From an uncultured Gemmatimonadaceae bacterium (GTDB lineage Bacteria > Gemmatimonadota > Gemmatimonadetes > Gemmatimonadales > Gemmatimonadaceae): DNA of 64,000 bases. Made by a program: the position numbers and the translations under genes. Below, piece by piece: positions 30,444 to 38,108 of the stretch (within the stretch, counting starts at the first letter, position 1; each line of letters begins with the position of its first letter). The notes under the pieces are model-generated. The model did not search any database, had not been told where the DNA came from, and was given only the letters and a program-made list of their open reading frames with translations. Where the stretch lies: assembly GCA_963740355.1 (NCBI GenBank), contig CAVUDW010000002.1, forward strand, positions 2,336,001 through 2,400,000. Direction: 5' to 3'.

Positions 30444-31114
30444 CAGGCCGCCTTCTCGTGGCCGCGCATCTCACCGAGAATCCGGGCGAGTTCGGCGCTG
30501 CTCGCACGCAGTGGGGCGCCGAGGTCGAACGACGGGTTCACGATCGCTGGCCCGCCATACGTGTGGACGTGGACGCCTTCGCGCATCAACGCGACGCTCA
30601 CGAGCGTGACCATGTCCAGCGTCGGGAGCGCGGCCGCGGATCCGGGGTGCAGGGCGATCAGATGGTGCCGCGCTGTGTGTTGCGCGCGATCGACCGCCTT
30701 GTACGCGACGCCAAGCGCCACGATTGCCGCTTCGAGATCTGGCACGCCATCGCTGGAACGCGCGATCGCGTCGGCAGCGGCCGCGATCTGGGTGTCACGT
30801 TCGGCGCGGAGGACGCTCGCGTGCGCATCCTCGACGGCAAAGCGCGCACGCGACTGCCCCTGCGCCGCGGCATCCAGCGATGCCCGGGCGTTGGCGAGGG
30901 CCGTCGTCTCGATCTTGCTGTCCTCGGCATCGCCGGCAATCACAAGATCTTCCGCGCGACCGGCGCGATTCTCGGCATGTGAGACTTCATCCTGCGCGAG
31001 GCGGACACGTGCGTCGGCTCGTTCGGCCTGTGCCTGCGCATCGGTCAACGCCTGGCGGGCCTTGCTGAGGGCGCGGGTGGCAGTTGCAACGCCGTCGGTC
31101 GTGGTCTTGGTCAT
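30443..31114 (-). CDS. Ala-rich coiled-coil protein (223 aa)
   Basis: GGAG RBS, heptad-like helical N-terminal half, TGATG coupling to the next gene. Confidence 0.7.
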   Translation of the reverse strand: MTKTTTDGVATATRALSKARQALTDAQAQAERADARVRLAQDEVSHAENRAGRAEDLVIAGDAEDSKIETTALANARASLDAAAQGQSRARFAVEDAHASVLRAERDTQIAAAADAIARSSDGVPDLEAAIVALGVAYKAVDRAQHTARHHLIALHPGSAAALPTLDMVTLVSVALMREGVHVHTYGGPAIVNPSFDLGAPLRASSAELARILGEMRGHEKAA

Positions 31115-31200
31115 TAGAGGCTCCAGCTGGGGTAAGAGTCGCGGGCGGAATGCCAGCGGGGTGCAGCAGTTTTTGCGGCAGATTCGTGCGAACTGGGTGG

Positions 31201-31656
31201 TTAGGCAGCGGTCGAGAGGACGGCGACCGTTTCGATCACGGAAGCGCAATCGAGGACATCGAACAGGGCGAGAAGCTCGGCCTGCGGACGGAGAAGGCCT
31301 CCGTCGACCTCACGGACTCCGGCGCGTTCTTCGAACCGCTCGCGCTCGTCGATCGTGAGAAGACACAGCTGCAGGTGCGCAAAGCCGGCGGCGGTCCCGG
31401 CGATGGAGTGCACGTCGGTGGATGCCTGCTGGAACCGCGTCGCCCCGCATTCCATGTGGCGCGCGATCTCCCGGCGGACCTGTGGCTGGCGCAGGTAGAT
31501 GCGCAGCTCGTGCGTCAGGACGTCCGGGGGTTGGATGGCGATTCTCGGTGACCCGTCGGGCACGAGGGCCGCCACGCGCACCGTGGCGCGATGCAGGACC
31601 AGGTGCGCGAGCACACGACGGGCACACTCGAGCGTGCCGACAAGCTGGACGCTCAT
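31201..31656 (-). CDS. Hypothetical phage/satellite protein (151 aa)
   Basis: GAGGAGG RBS; ERFEERAGVREVDGGL..QAE motif seen in replication-module-associated phage proteins. Confidence 0.65.
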   Translation of the reverse strand: MSVQLVGTLECARRVLAHLVLHRATVRVAALVPDGSPRIAIQPPDVLTHELRIYLRQPQVRREIARHMECGATRFQQASTDVHSIAGTAAGFAHLQLCLLTIDERERFEERAGVREVDGGLLRPQAELLALFDVLDCASVIETVAVLSTAA

Positions 31657-31695
31657 TCGAATGCCTCCTCGAGCTGCAGCGTGGCAGCTGCTGGG

Positions 31696-31891
31696 CAGGA
31701 CGATAGGACAATCAGGACATGATTTAGAGCCCTCCGCATTACACGAACCAGCGAACCGCTCATGTACCGATACTTTGTGAATAATTGTCCTGATTGTCCT
31801 GTTGATTGGCTGCGCACTTGCTTTCGTGTTGTTGCATAAGCTTTTGCGGCGCAGGACAATCCGCAGGACAAAGACAGGCCGGCAAGACAAT
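31696..31891. other. Putative satellite replication origin (iterons)
   Basis: About 8 copies of a CAGGACAAT-like 9-mer in both orientations, including a perfect 15-bp inverted pair (31705-31719 / 31786-31800), in AT-richer non-coding DNA just downstream of the helicase. Confidence 0.7.
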
Positions 31892-33433
31892 TCATGTGAA
31901 ATGCTCGCTGCTGGTGCCCGACGCGTAGGGCTTCAGCTTCAATCCAGTCCGGTACTTCTGGCCGCCACGCTTTTCGCCGCCGATGCCGCGGTCCGTCAGT
32001 TTCCGGCCGAACACGTTGTTTGACACCGGCGTATCACCGCGATGCTCGCACCAGTGTTTGTAGGCCGTGTACAGGTTTCCGGCCAGCACTTGCGCTGCCG
32101 GGTCGCGGGTGCAGCGTTCGTCGATGAACTCAGCCATGACGTCGGATTCCTCGCGATAATTCTCCGTCGCGTCCTTCACGGCCTTCGGGAACGGCAACCC
32201 GGTCCGGTACCACTGGATCGCGCCAGACACCGCCCACGCGAGGACGCCGGGCAGTTCGGCCCGCAGCACTTCGTCCAGATTCTTCTCGTCTTCCTCGTCA
32301 GGGATCTGCACGTTGAACGGCACCAGCCGCATCCGGCGCCACAGGCCATCGCCCCCGCCGTGAACTACAGGCCGATGGTTCACCGCCATCCAGAGCGTGA
32401 GCTCCGGCGGAAACTCGATCTCCTTGCTGAACAAGTGCCGCGCCGTGATCGTGTCGCCGCCTGTGATCGCTTTCACGAGCGCTTCGTTCAGTCGCTTGCC
32501 TTCACCGGCTTCGGCTGTTGTCACGATGCGCGTGCGGTAGAACCGCGCGATGTCTCCGCGTGCGCCACCGACGGTGCCAGGTCGATCAAGAAAGGTTTCG
32601 AAGTCGGCGTGCACGGCATACTCGCCCCCCAGCCATCGCATCATCTTGATGAACAGGGACTTCCCGTTCCGGCCTGTACCGAGAAGCATGATCAGGCATT
32701 GCTCCAGCGTGTGACCCGTGAGGCTGTAGCCGGCCGCGATCCGCAAGAAGTCACGCACGTCATTGTCGGGTGCGACGCGGGCAAGAAAGGACATCCACCG
32801 GTCACACCGTGCCTGAGGTTCGTAAGGCACACTGACAAGCTTCGTGTAGTGATCGCCTCGGTCATGCTTCTTCAGCACGCCAGTACGCAGGTCAATCGTC
32901 CCGTTCAGAACATTGAGCACGTCGGGGTTTGAGTCCCAGTCTGCCGGGTTTCGTACGATCGCTGGATTGAAACGCGCAATCTTCAGTATCTGCTCAATCC
33001 CACCCGCCGACTCGCACTTGTCGGCCCACCTGAGCAGGGCTTGACGCTGGCCTTTGTCTTCAGCCGCCTCACCGGCGGTGCGAACTTCTCGAATCGTTGA
33101 TTGAGCGCGTTGCGAGGCCACAACCCCGCCATCGTCGAGTGCGAATCGGCGGCCGTCCCACACCCGCCACCCGCCAGAGGCGGCATCGTGTCGCACATCG
33201 TGCTTGTGATCATCAACAAAGCGATCCGCGTTGCCGAAGTTCGTAAGCGGGTACTGATGCCCTTCGCTAGCCAGCTCGTGTGAAAGTTTGTGACCTTCCG
33301 TGCAGCGATCCTCCCCCGTCTCTTCGGTGACGAACCCTGGGCAGCCGAGCGTAGGGCAGCACGCCGTATCGACGCCCTGCTCGAGCCGGAGCCGTGCGGC
33401 ACGGCTGTCTGGAAGGCGACGAGCAGCGGTCAT
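31892..33433 (-). CDS. P4-alpha/D5-family SF3 helicase (primase-helicase C-terminal type) with N-terminal Cys/His cluster
   Basis: D5_N (LTNFGNADRF, W.VWDG), LNV.NGTIDLRTG, Walker A GTGRNGKS, KAITGGDTITARHL, NHRP, WRR..LVPF. Confidence 0.9.
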   Translation of the reverse strand: MTAARRLPDSRAARLRLEQGVDTACCPTLGCPGFVTEETGEDRCTEGHKLSHELASEGHQYPLTNFGNADRFVDDHKHDVRHDAASGGWRVWDGRRFALDDGGVVASQRAQSTIREVRTAGEAAEDKGQRQALLRWADKCESAGGIEQILKIARFNPAIVRNPADWDSNPDVLNVLNGTIDLRTGVLKKHDRGDHYTKLVSVPYEPQARCDRWMSFLARVAPDNDVRDFLRIAAGYSLTGHTLEQCLIMLLGTGRNGKSLFIKMMRWLGGEYAVHADFETFLDRPGTVGGARGDIARFYRTRIVTTAEAGEGKRLNEALVKAITGGDTITARHLFSKEIEFPPELTLWMAVNHRPVVHGGGDGLWRRMRLVPFNVQIPDEEDEKNLDEVLRAELPGVLAWAVSGAIQWYRTGLPFPKAVKDATENYREESDVMAEFIDERCTRDPAAQVLAGNLYTAYKHWCEHRGDTPVSNNVFGRKLTDRGIGGEKRGGQKYRTGLKLKPYASGTSSEHFT

Positions 33434-33594
33434 CCGCGGCTCCGAACACGCAAGGCGGCGGAGGTGACAAGACGATCGATCTCGTCGATTTGCACGGGCG
33501 CGTCGTCCGCAAACGACCACTCGGTCAGGATGCGAACCACCGTCACCTTCGGGTTGCCCTTCGCCGGCTCTGCTGCCGGCTTCTCGGTGCTCAT
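33430..33594 (-). CDS. Small hypothetical protein (54 aa)
   Basis: MSTEKPAAEPAKGNPKVTVVRILTEW...; ATGA overlaps at both ends. Confidence 0.5.
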   Translation of the reverse strand: MSTEKPAAEPAKGNPKVTVVRILTEWSFADDAPVQIDEIDRLVTSAALRVRSRG

Positions 33595-33791
33595 GCGGAC
33601 CGCCGCGCTGGCTGTTCGTCGCGAAGAGCGGCGGCGTCCATGAACAGCTTGCCGAGTGCCCGGATTTCGTGCGCGGGCATCGGGTCAAGCCCGGACACGA
33701 TTGCCACGATTTCAGGGAAGAGCCAGCGATAGAAGGCCGTGCCGTTGCCTGGCACCCTTGCACGTCGCGGGCGGATATGTACACTTTTCAT
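33591..33791 (-). CDS. Small hypothetical protein (66 aa)
   Basis: MKSVHIRPRR...; stop overlaps the next start. Confidence 0.45.
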   Translation of the reverse strand: MKSVHIRPRRARVPGNGTAFYRWLFPEIVAIVSGLDPMPAHEIRALGKLFMDAAALRDEQPARRSA

Positions 33792-33859
33792 CTCAAGCCT
33801 CGACTTTCGAAACGCGTCCCGCCTGGCCGGCATATGGGGCGCGTTTCGCGTTGGTGGGG

Positions 33860-34129
33860 TCAGGCAGCGGTGAGTGCGACGTCGCGTGCGCTGGTACTGC
33901 GGAATCGCGGACGACTCGCGAGCCAGGCGTCGAGATCGGCAACGCGATAGCCGAGGGCCTTGGTGGAAATTTGTACGAACTCGGGGCCACTCCCTTCGCC
34001 GCGCATTCGCGCCAGCGTCGGGACCGACAGGCCGCAGTACTGCGCGGCGTGATTGGGGCGCAGCACTGGTACCGAGACCGAAGCCGGCATGGCTGTCGGC
34101 GCTCGCTTCTGCCGTTTGTCGTGAGTCAT
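33860..34129 (-). CDS. AlpA / excisionase-like winged HTH regulator
   Basis: LRPNHAAQYCGLSVPTLARMR..GSGPEFVQI..KALGYRVADLDAWL; GGAG RBS. Confidence 0.88.
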   Translation of the reverse strand: MTHDKRQKRAPTAMPASVSVPVLRPNHAAQYCGLSVPTLARMRGEGSGPEFVQISTKALGYRVADLDAWLASRPRFRSTSARDVALTAA

Positions 34130-34614
34130 CGCGTTCTCCGTGTATGCGGTGGCGGGAATGTCAGTGAGCGTCAGGTCGTGTCACTCGACTCAACACAAGC
34201 AGCAGCCCACTCCGCCGCCTATGGCAGGTGTAGTGCTAGTTCACTAGTCATCATCTGGGCTCTACTCGTATCACTGCACGTCGTGCGTTGACAGAAAGAA
34301 CGCCCCGCATTGGTGCCGGATGTAGCCGAAGTGAAGCCGCGCTACACTAGTCGAACAGCTTGTACTCCGTCTGCGCCCAGTGGTGTGACGGGTATGCAGA
34401 ACTCCCGAGCGAATGCAGGGCGCACTCGTCGGGAGTTCTCTCGTGCGTCATTCCGCGCCCGTATGGGCGCGGACTCACGACGTCAGCCGTCCGATCGCAC
34501 TCGGCGGCGTCGGTCTCACCATGCGCCAAGTGTTGCCACGGCGCTCGAGCACGACGATCGCGCGGCCGAGGATCCACGCGATGTAGCGCGTCGGGTGAGC
34601 GTGTGGGCCGCGGG

Positions 34615-34836
34615 TCATTCGGCACACTCCCGCAGGAGCTTCGGCGACGCCGGCACGAGCATGACGCGGAGCCCTTCAAGCGTTGGCGACAGCACCTCGC
34701 CGTCGATCACGCCGACCGTGTTGCCATTCAGGGCCGTGCGGATGACCTCCGCCTCGTACTCCTGCAGCTCCCACGGGTGCGCGGCGCGAATCGGCACCCA
34801 GCTGCAGTAGTTCATGACGATCATGCCGCGGCTCAT
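34615..34836 (-). CDS. Small hypothetical protein (73 aa)
   Basis: MSRGMIVMNYCSW...; ATGA-coupled to the upstream ORF. Confidence 0.45.
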   Translation of the reverse strand: MSRGMIVMNYCSWVPIRAAHPWELQEYEAEVIRTALNGNTVGVIDGEVLSPTLEGLRVMLVPASPKLLRECAE

Positions 34837-35234
34837 TGTGCTGTCTCCGGCAGGGCCGGCAACGCAGCTGCCGCAGCATTCAACGCAGCGACGAAGCGTC
34901 GAAAGCTCTCTGGCGTCAGCGACCCCAAGTAGCCGTCGTCTCCTCCGCAGATCGTGTAGTGACGCTGGGGGGTGGTGGCATTGTTGTCGCCGATCGTGAG
35001 TTTCACGTCCACCCACAGGCGCACGTCGGGTCCTGTGCCCTCGCCAGACTGTGCCGCGGTCAGCGTCCACAGCATGTACTCGTCCTTCGGCAGATCAGCG
35101 AAGGCCTCGACGGTGTGCGACGCGATCACGGTTTTCGGGGCGTCTGCGCTCGAGGGGACGAACGGCGCGCTGGCCGGCGACAGTGCCAGCGTCGGACGGG
35201 TGGCGCGCTGGGCCTTCAGGGGCGTATTCTTCAC
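34833..35234 (-). CDS. Hypothetical protein (133 aa)
   Basis: GAGAGG RBS, GTG start, immediately downstream of the integrase. Confidence 0.55.
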   Translation of the reverse strand: MKNTPLKAQRATRPTLALSPASAPFVPSSADAPKTVIASHTVEAFADLPKDEYMLWTLTAAQSGEGTGPDVRLWVDVKLTIGDNNATTPQRHYTICGGDDGYLGSLTPESFRRFVAALNAAAAALPALPETAQ

Positions 35235-35352
35235 GGTAAGCCTCTCCCCTCACGGGGAAGGTTCGCCGGTCCGTGTCCCCCTCTTCCGCCAAGTTGACGA
35301 GGGATGCGGGCCGGTCTTCGTTTCGGGAGTGCCGCTCCCGATCGGCGTGGGA

Positions 35353-36615
35353 TCAGCCCACGAGTTTGAGTGTCTCGGCGGGTCGTGCCAGGCGCTTCGC
35401 CCGATCCGCTCCCACCGTGTCTGCCGCGGCTTTCATGGGGTCGTCCACCGTGTGCACGTACAGGCTGCTGGTCGCGATGTTGGTGTGACCAAGCAGGGAC
35501 TTGACCGCCGCAGCGGGATAGCGCGCACCGATGTCTGACGCCATGTCGTGCCGGAAGCCGTGCAGCGTGAAGCCGGTGAGCTTCGCCGCATCCCGGATCT
35601 CGCGCCACTGTCGATCGATGTGCCGAACAGGCACGGTCGGATCATCGAAATGGGGCAGCACATACACGTCACTGTGCTTCTCGGCGCGGATCGTCTCGAG
35701 CACGGCGAGGGCCTCCGCGCTGATGTGGCGCTGATCTTCGGCCCGGTCGCTCAGCTTCATGCCTTTGCTGTCGAGGAAGGTCAATCGCTGGCGTTCCCGG
35801 TCGACTTCCACCCAGCGAAGATTGAGGATTTCCGACTTGCGACACCCGGTCAGGAACAGCAGGCGCAGCGCCGCCGGCACTTGCCAGGGCACGCCGTTCG
35901 CCTCGGCCGCGCGCATCGCATCCCCCAAGGCGGACACCTGTGCGTCGGTGAGCGGCACCACACGACGGCGAGGCTTCGGGTAGCGCTTCACGAACTGCGC
36001 GGCCGCAGGGTTCACCGTGATGTGCAACTGTCGGATGGCGAAGGCGAAGAACGCCGACATCGCAACGATCGCGTGGTTGGCCTCGCTCGGCGTCTCGTGG
36101 AGGTCCGTGTGCAGCGCCTGCATGTCGGCCGGCGTCACCAGCGTGATCGGCTCGGTGCCAAAGTTCGGAATCAGGTGGACCGTCAGCAGGCGGTCCACCT
36201 CCCGCACGTGCTGCGGGTCGCAATCCTTTCGTAGTTCCGCCAGGTACGTCGTAACGAGCTCGCTCACCGTTGGCACCGCCGCCCGCTTCTTCTTGTCGTC
36301 CTGCGGACGCTCGCCCTTGCTGAGCCGACCACGTGCCGACGTCGCCAGGGCTGCGGCCTCTGTGATGGTGATGTCACCATACGTGCCGAGCGTGAGCCGC
36401 CGGTATTTCGCCTTTCCGCTCGCGCCACGCGCCGCTGACTTGCCACCGATCGCATCGCGGAAGCGCAGCGCGAAGACTTTCACGCCGCTCGGGTACACGC
36501 GGACATGGAACCCCTTTGGCGCCTCGAAATACGCGTCATACGCCACCCCAGAGGGCTTCAGCGCATCAACGCTGGTCTTCCGGGCAGGGATTTTCGCCGG
36601 CGGTTTGCGAGGCAT
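35353..36615 (-). CDS. int: Tyrosine recombinase / integrase with N-terminal arm-binding domain
   Basis: GFHVRVYPSGVKVF...RRLTLG.YG (arm domain), LTGCRKSEILNLRW, LHGFRH, LLGHTNIATSSLYVH catalytic motifs. Confidence 0.96.
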   Translation of the reverse strand: MPRKPPAKIPARKTSVDALKPSGVAYDAYFEAPKGFHVRVYPSGVKVFALRFRDAIGGKSAARGASGKAKYRRLTLGTYGDITITEAAALATSARGRLSKGERPQDDKKKRAAVPTVSELVTTYLAELRKDCDPQHVREVDRLLTVHLIPNFGTEPITLVTPADMQALHTDLHETPSEANHAIVAMSAFFAFAIRQLHITVNPAAAQFVKRYPKPRRRVVPLTDAQVSALGDAMRAAEANGVPWQVPAALRLLFLTGCRKSEILNLRWVEVDRERQRLTFLDSKGMKLSDRAEDQRHISAEALAVLETIRAEKHSDVYVLPHFDDPTVPVRHIDRQWREIRDAAKLTGFTLHGFRHDMASDIGARYPAAAVKSLLGHTNIATSSLYVHTVDDPMKAAADTVGADRAKRLARPAETLKLVG

Positions 36616-36790
36616 GGTGCGCGGGTTCGCGTGAGGGTTCCAGCAGGGTTCCTCGGAACCCCACAACACGATAACGCCTGACAACACTTGATGTCAACAG
36701 CGAACGCGAACCCGCGAAGAATGCCTGTAGAATATGCGTGTTTTTGATATCATCAGATATCAGCACATGCCGTTGCAATGCCGTCGCCAA

Positions 36791-36842
36791 CAGTTTCCTA
36801 AACTGTTGGCCGGCGGTTCGAGTCCGCCCGAGGGCATTTGCT
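36791..36842 (+). repeat. attR: 52-bp direct repeat (tRNA-Arg 3' fragment)
   Basis: Identical to 20850-20901; lacks the tRNA 5' half. Confidence 0.97.
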
Positions 36843-36850
36843 CGCTTGCA

Positions 36851-38023
36851 TCAGACGAACGCACCGATCCCTGTGATCGCACGCCCGACGACCAGCGCCG
36901 TCATCTCGTTGGTCCCTTCGTACGAGTAGATCGCCTCGGCATCGCTGAACAGCCGTGCTGCGCCGTGTTCGAGCAACACCCCGTTGCCGCCCATCATCTC
37001 GCGCGCGAGTTGCACGGTTTCGCGGCAGTGGAACGCGCAGAACTGTTTCGCCAGCGACGTGTGCGCATCCGTGGCCAGGCCGGCATCCTGAAGACGAGCC
37101 GCCCGCAGTGCCATGCCGAGCATTGCAGTGACGTTGCCGAGCATGCGAACGAGCATCATCTGCACCAGCTGAAAGCCGGCGATCGGGCGTCCGAACTGCT
37201 GGCGTTCGCCGGCATATCGGAGGGCGTGCTCGTACGCGCCCATCGCACACCCGACGGCCTGAAACGCCACGCCGATCCGCGCCGCACTCAACACACGCGC
37301 CGTGTCTGCAAAGCTCGATGCCGCGGCAAGCCGGTCGGCCTCGTCCACGCGCAGGTCCGTCATGGTGATCCAGCCAGACGCGAGCGCTCGCTGTGAAATC
37401 TTGCCGGTCATCAACCGCGCAGTATAGCCGGGCAGGGACGTCCGGACGATGAAGCCCTTCACCCGGTCGTCGGCCTCGTCACGGGCCCAGATGATGACGA
37501 CGTCGGCGAACGTCGAGTTGCCGATCCACTTCTTCTCTCCGTTGAGGACCCACGTATCGCCTTCGCGTCGGCACCGCGTGGTCAGGCCGCGAGCGACGCC
37601 ACTCCCCACCTCTGGTTCGGTGAGGCCGAAGCACCCGATCTTCGAGAAGGTACGGAGTTGTGGCAGCCACTCCTCGCGTTGCGCGTCCGAGCCGAGCAGC
37701 AGGATCGATCCGAGGCAGAGTCCACCATGCACTCCGAAGTAGCTCGCCATCGACGGGTCGACACGCGCCAGTTCCATCGAATACAACCCATCGATTGTGG
37801 CGCGATTGCTTGCGGCGGATTCGAAATAGTGCGCGAGCGGATCGAGAGCGTGGAATCCTGCGAGCGCGCCATGATAAAACTCACCCCGATCCCAATGGTC
37901 GTCCGCGACCGGCGCGATATCGCGTTCGAGCACATGGCGCATCGCGAGGCGCCGACGGTTTTCATCGGGGGTGAGCGTGTCGAACCAGGCGTAGAGATCG
38001 ATCGGTAGCGTGGCGGGGGGCAT
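36851..38023 (-). CDS. Acyl-CoA dehydrogenase (glutaryl-CoA dehydrogenase / ACX4-like)
   Basis: FGLTEPEVGS, LNGEKKWIGN, RQQFGRPIAGFQLVQ, GGNG, YSYEGT. Confidence 0.92.
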   Translation of the reverse strand: MPPATLPIDLYAWFDTLTPDENRRRLAMRHVLERDIAPVADDHWDRGEFYHGALAGFHALDPLAHYFESAASNRATIDGLYSMELARVDPSMASYFGVHGGLCLGSILLLGSDAQREEWLPQLRTFSKIGCFGLTEPEVGSGVARGLTTRCRREGDTWVLNGEKKWIGNSTFADVVIIWARDEADDRVKGFIVRTSLPGYTARLMTGKISQRALASGWITMTDLRVDEADRLAAASSFADTARVLSAARIGVAFQAVGCAMGAYEHALRYAGERQQFGRPIAGFQLVQMMLVRMLGNVTAMLGMALRAARLQDAGLATDAHTSLAKQFCAFHCRETVQLAREMMGGNGVLLEHGAARLFSDAEAIYSYEGTNEMTALVVGRAITGIGAFV

Positions 38024-38062
38024 CGGAGGTCCGGGAGGAGTCGAACTAGTGGCGGCGAGCGT

Positions 38063-38108
38063 GACTACGATGGGACTACGATGGGACTACGATGGGACTA
38101 CGACGGGA
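38063..38108. repeat. 11-bp tandem repeat, about 4 copies
   Basis: gactacgatgg x3 plus gactacgacgg, overlapping the stop of the AMP-binding gene. Confidence 0.9.

Larger units (their letters stand above)
20850..36842 (-). mobile_element. tRNA-Arg-integrated PICI-like phage satellite (15,941-bp excisable unit) encoding putative DNA-ejection proteins
   Basis: 52-bp att repeats, integrase next to attR, AlpA-like gene, D5/SF3 helicase, iteron origin, TerS-like genes, all on one strand; no capsid, portal, TerL, tail or lysis genes recognised. Confidence 0.85.

Noticed and set aside
33434..33784. N-terminal 117 aa of the 630-aa helicase ORF call
   Set aside because: Better explained by two small coupled ORFs in other frames, with the helicase starting at ATG 33433
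36791..36842. Second tRNA-Arg gene
   Set aside because: Only the 3' half is present, with no acceptor 5' strand or D-arm; it is the att duplication
20850..36842. Complete prophage or ICE
   Set aside because: No recognisable capsid, portal, TerL, tail, lysis, relaxase or T4SS genes; too small
38063..38108. CRISPR array
   Set aside because: Contiguous 11-bp units without spacers, and no cas genes in the window
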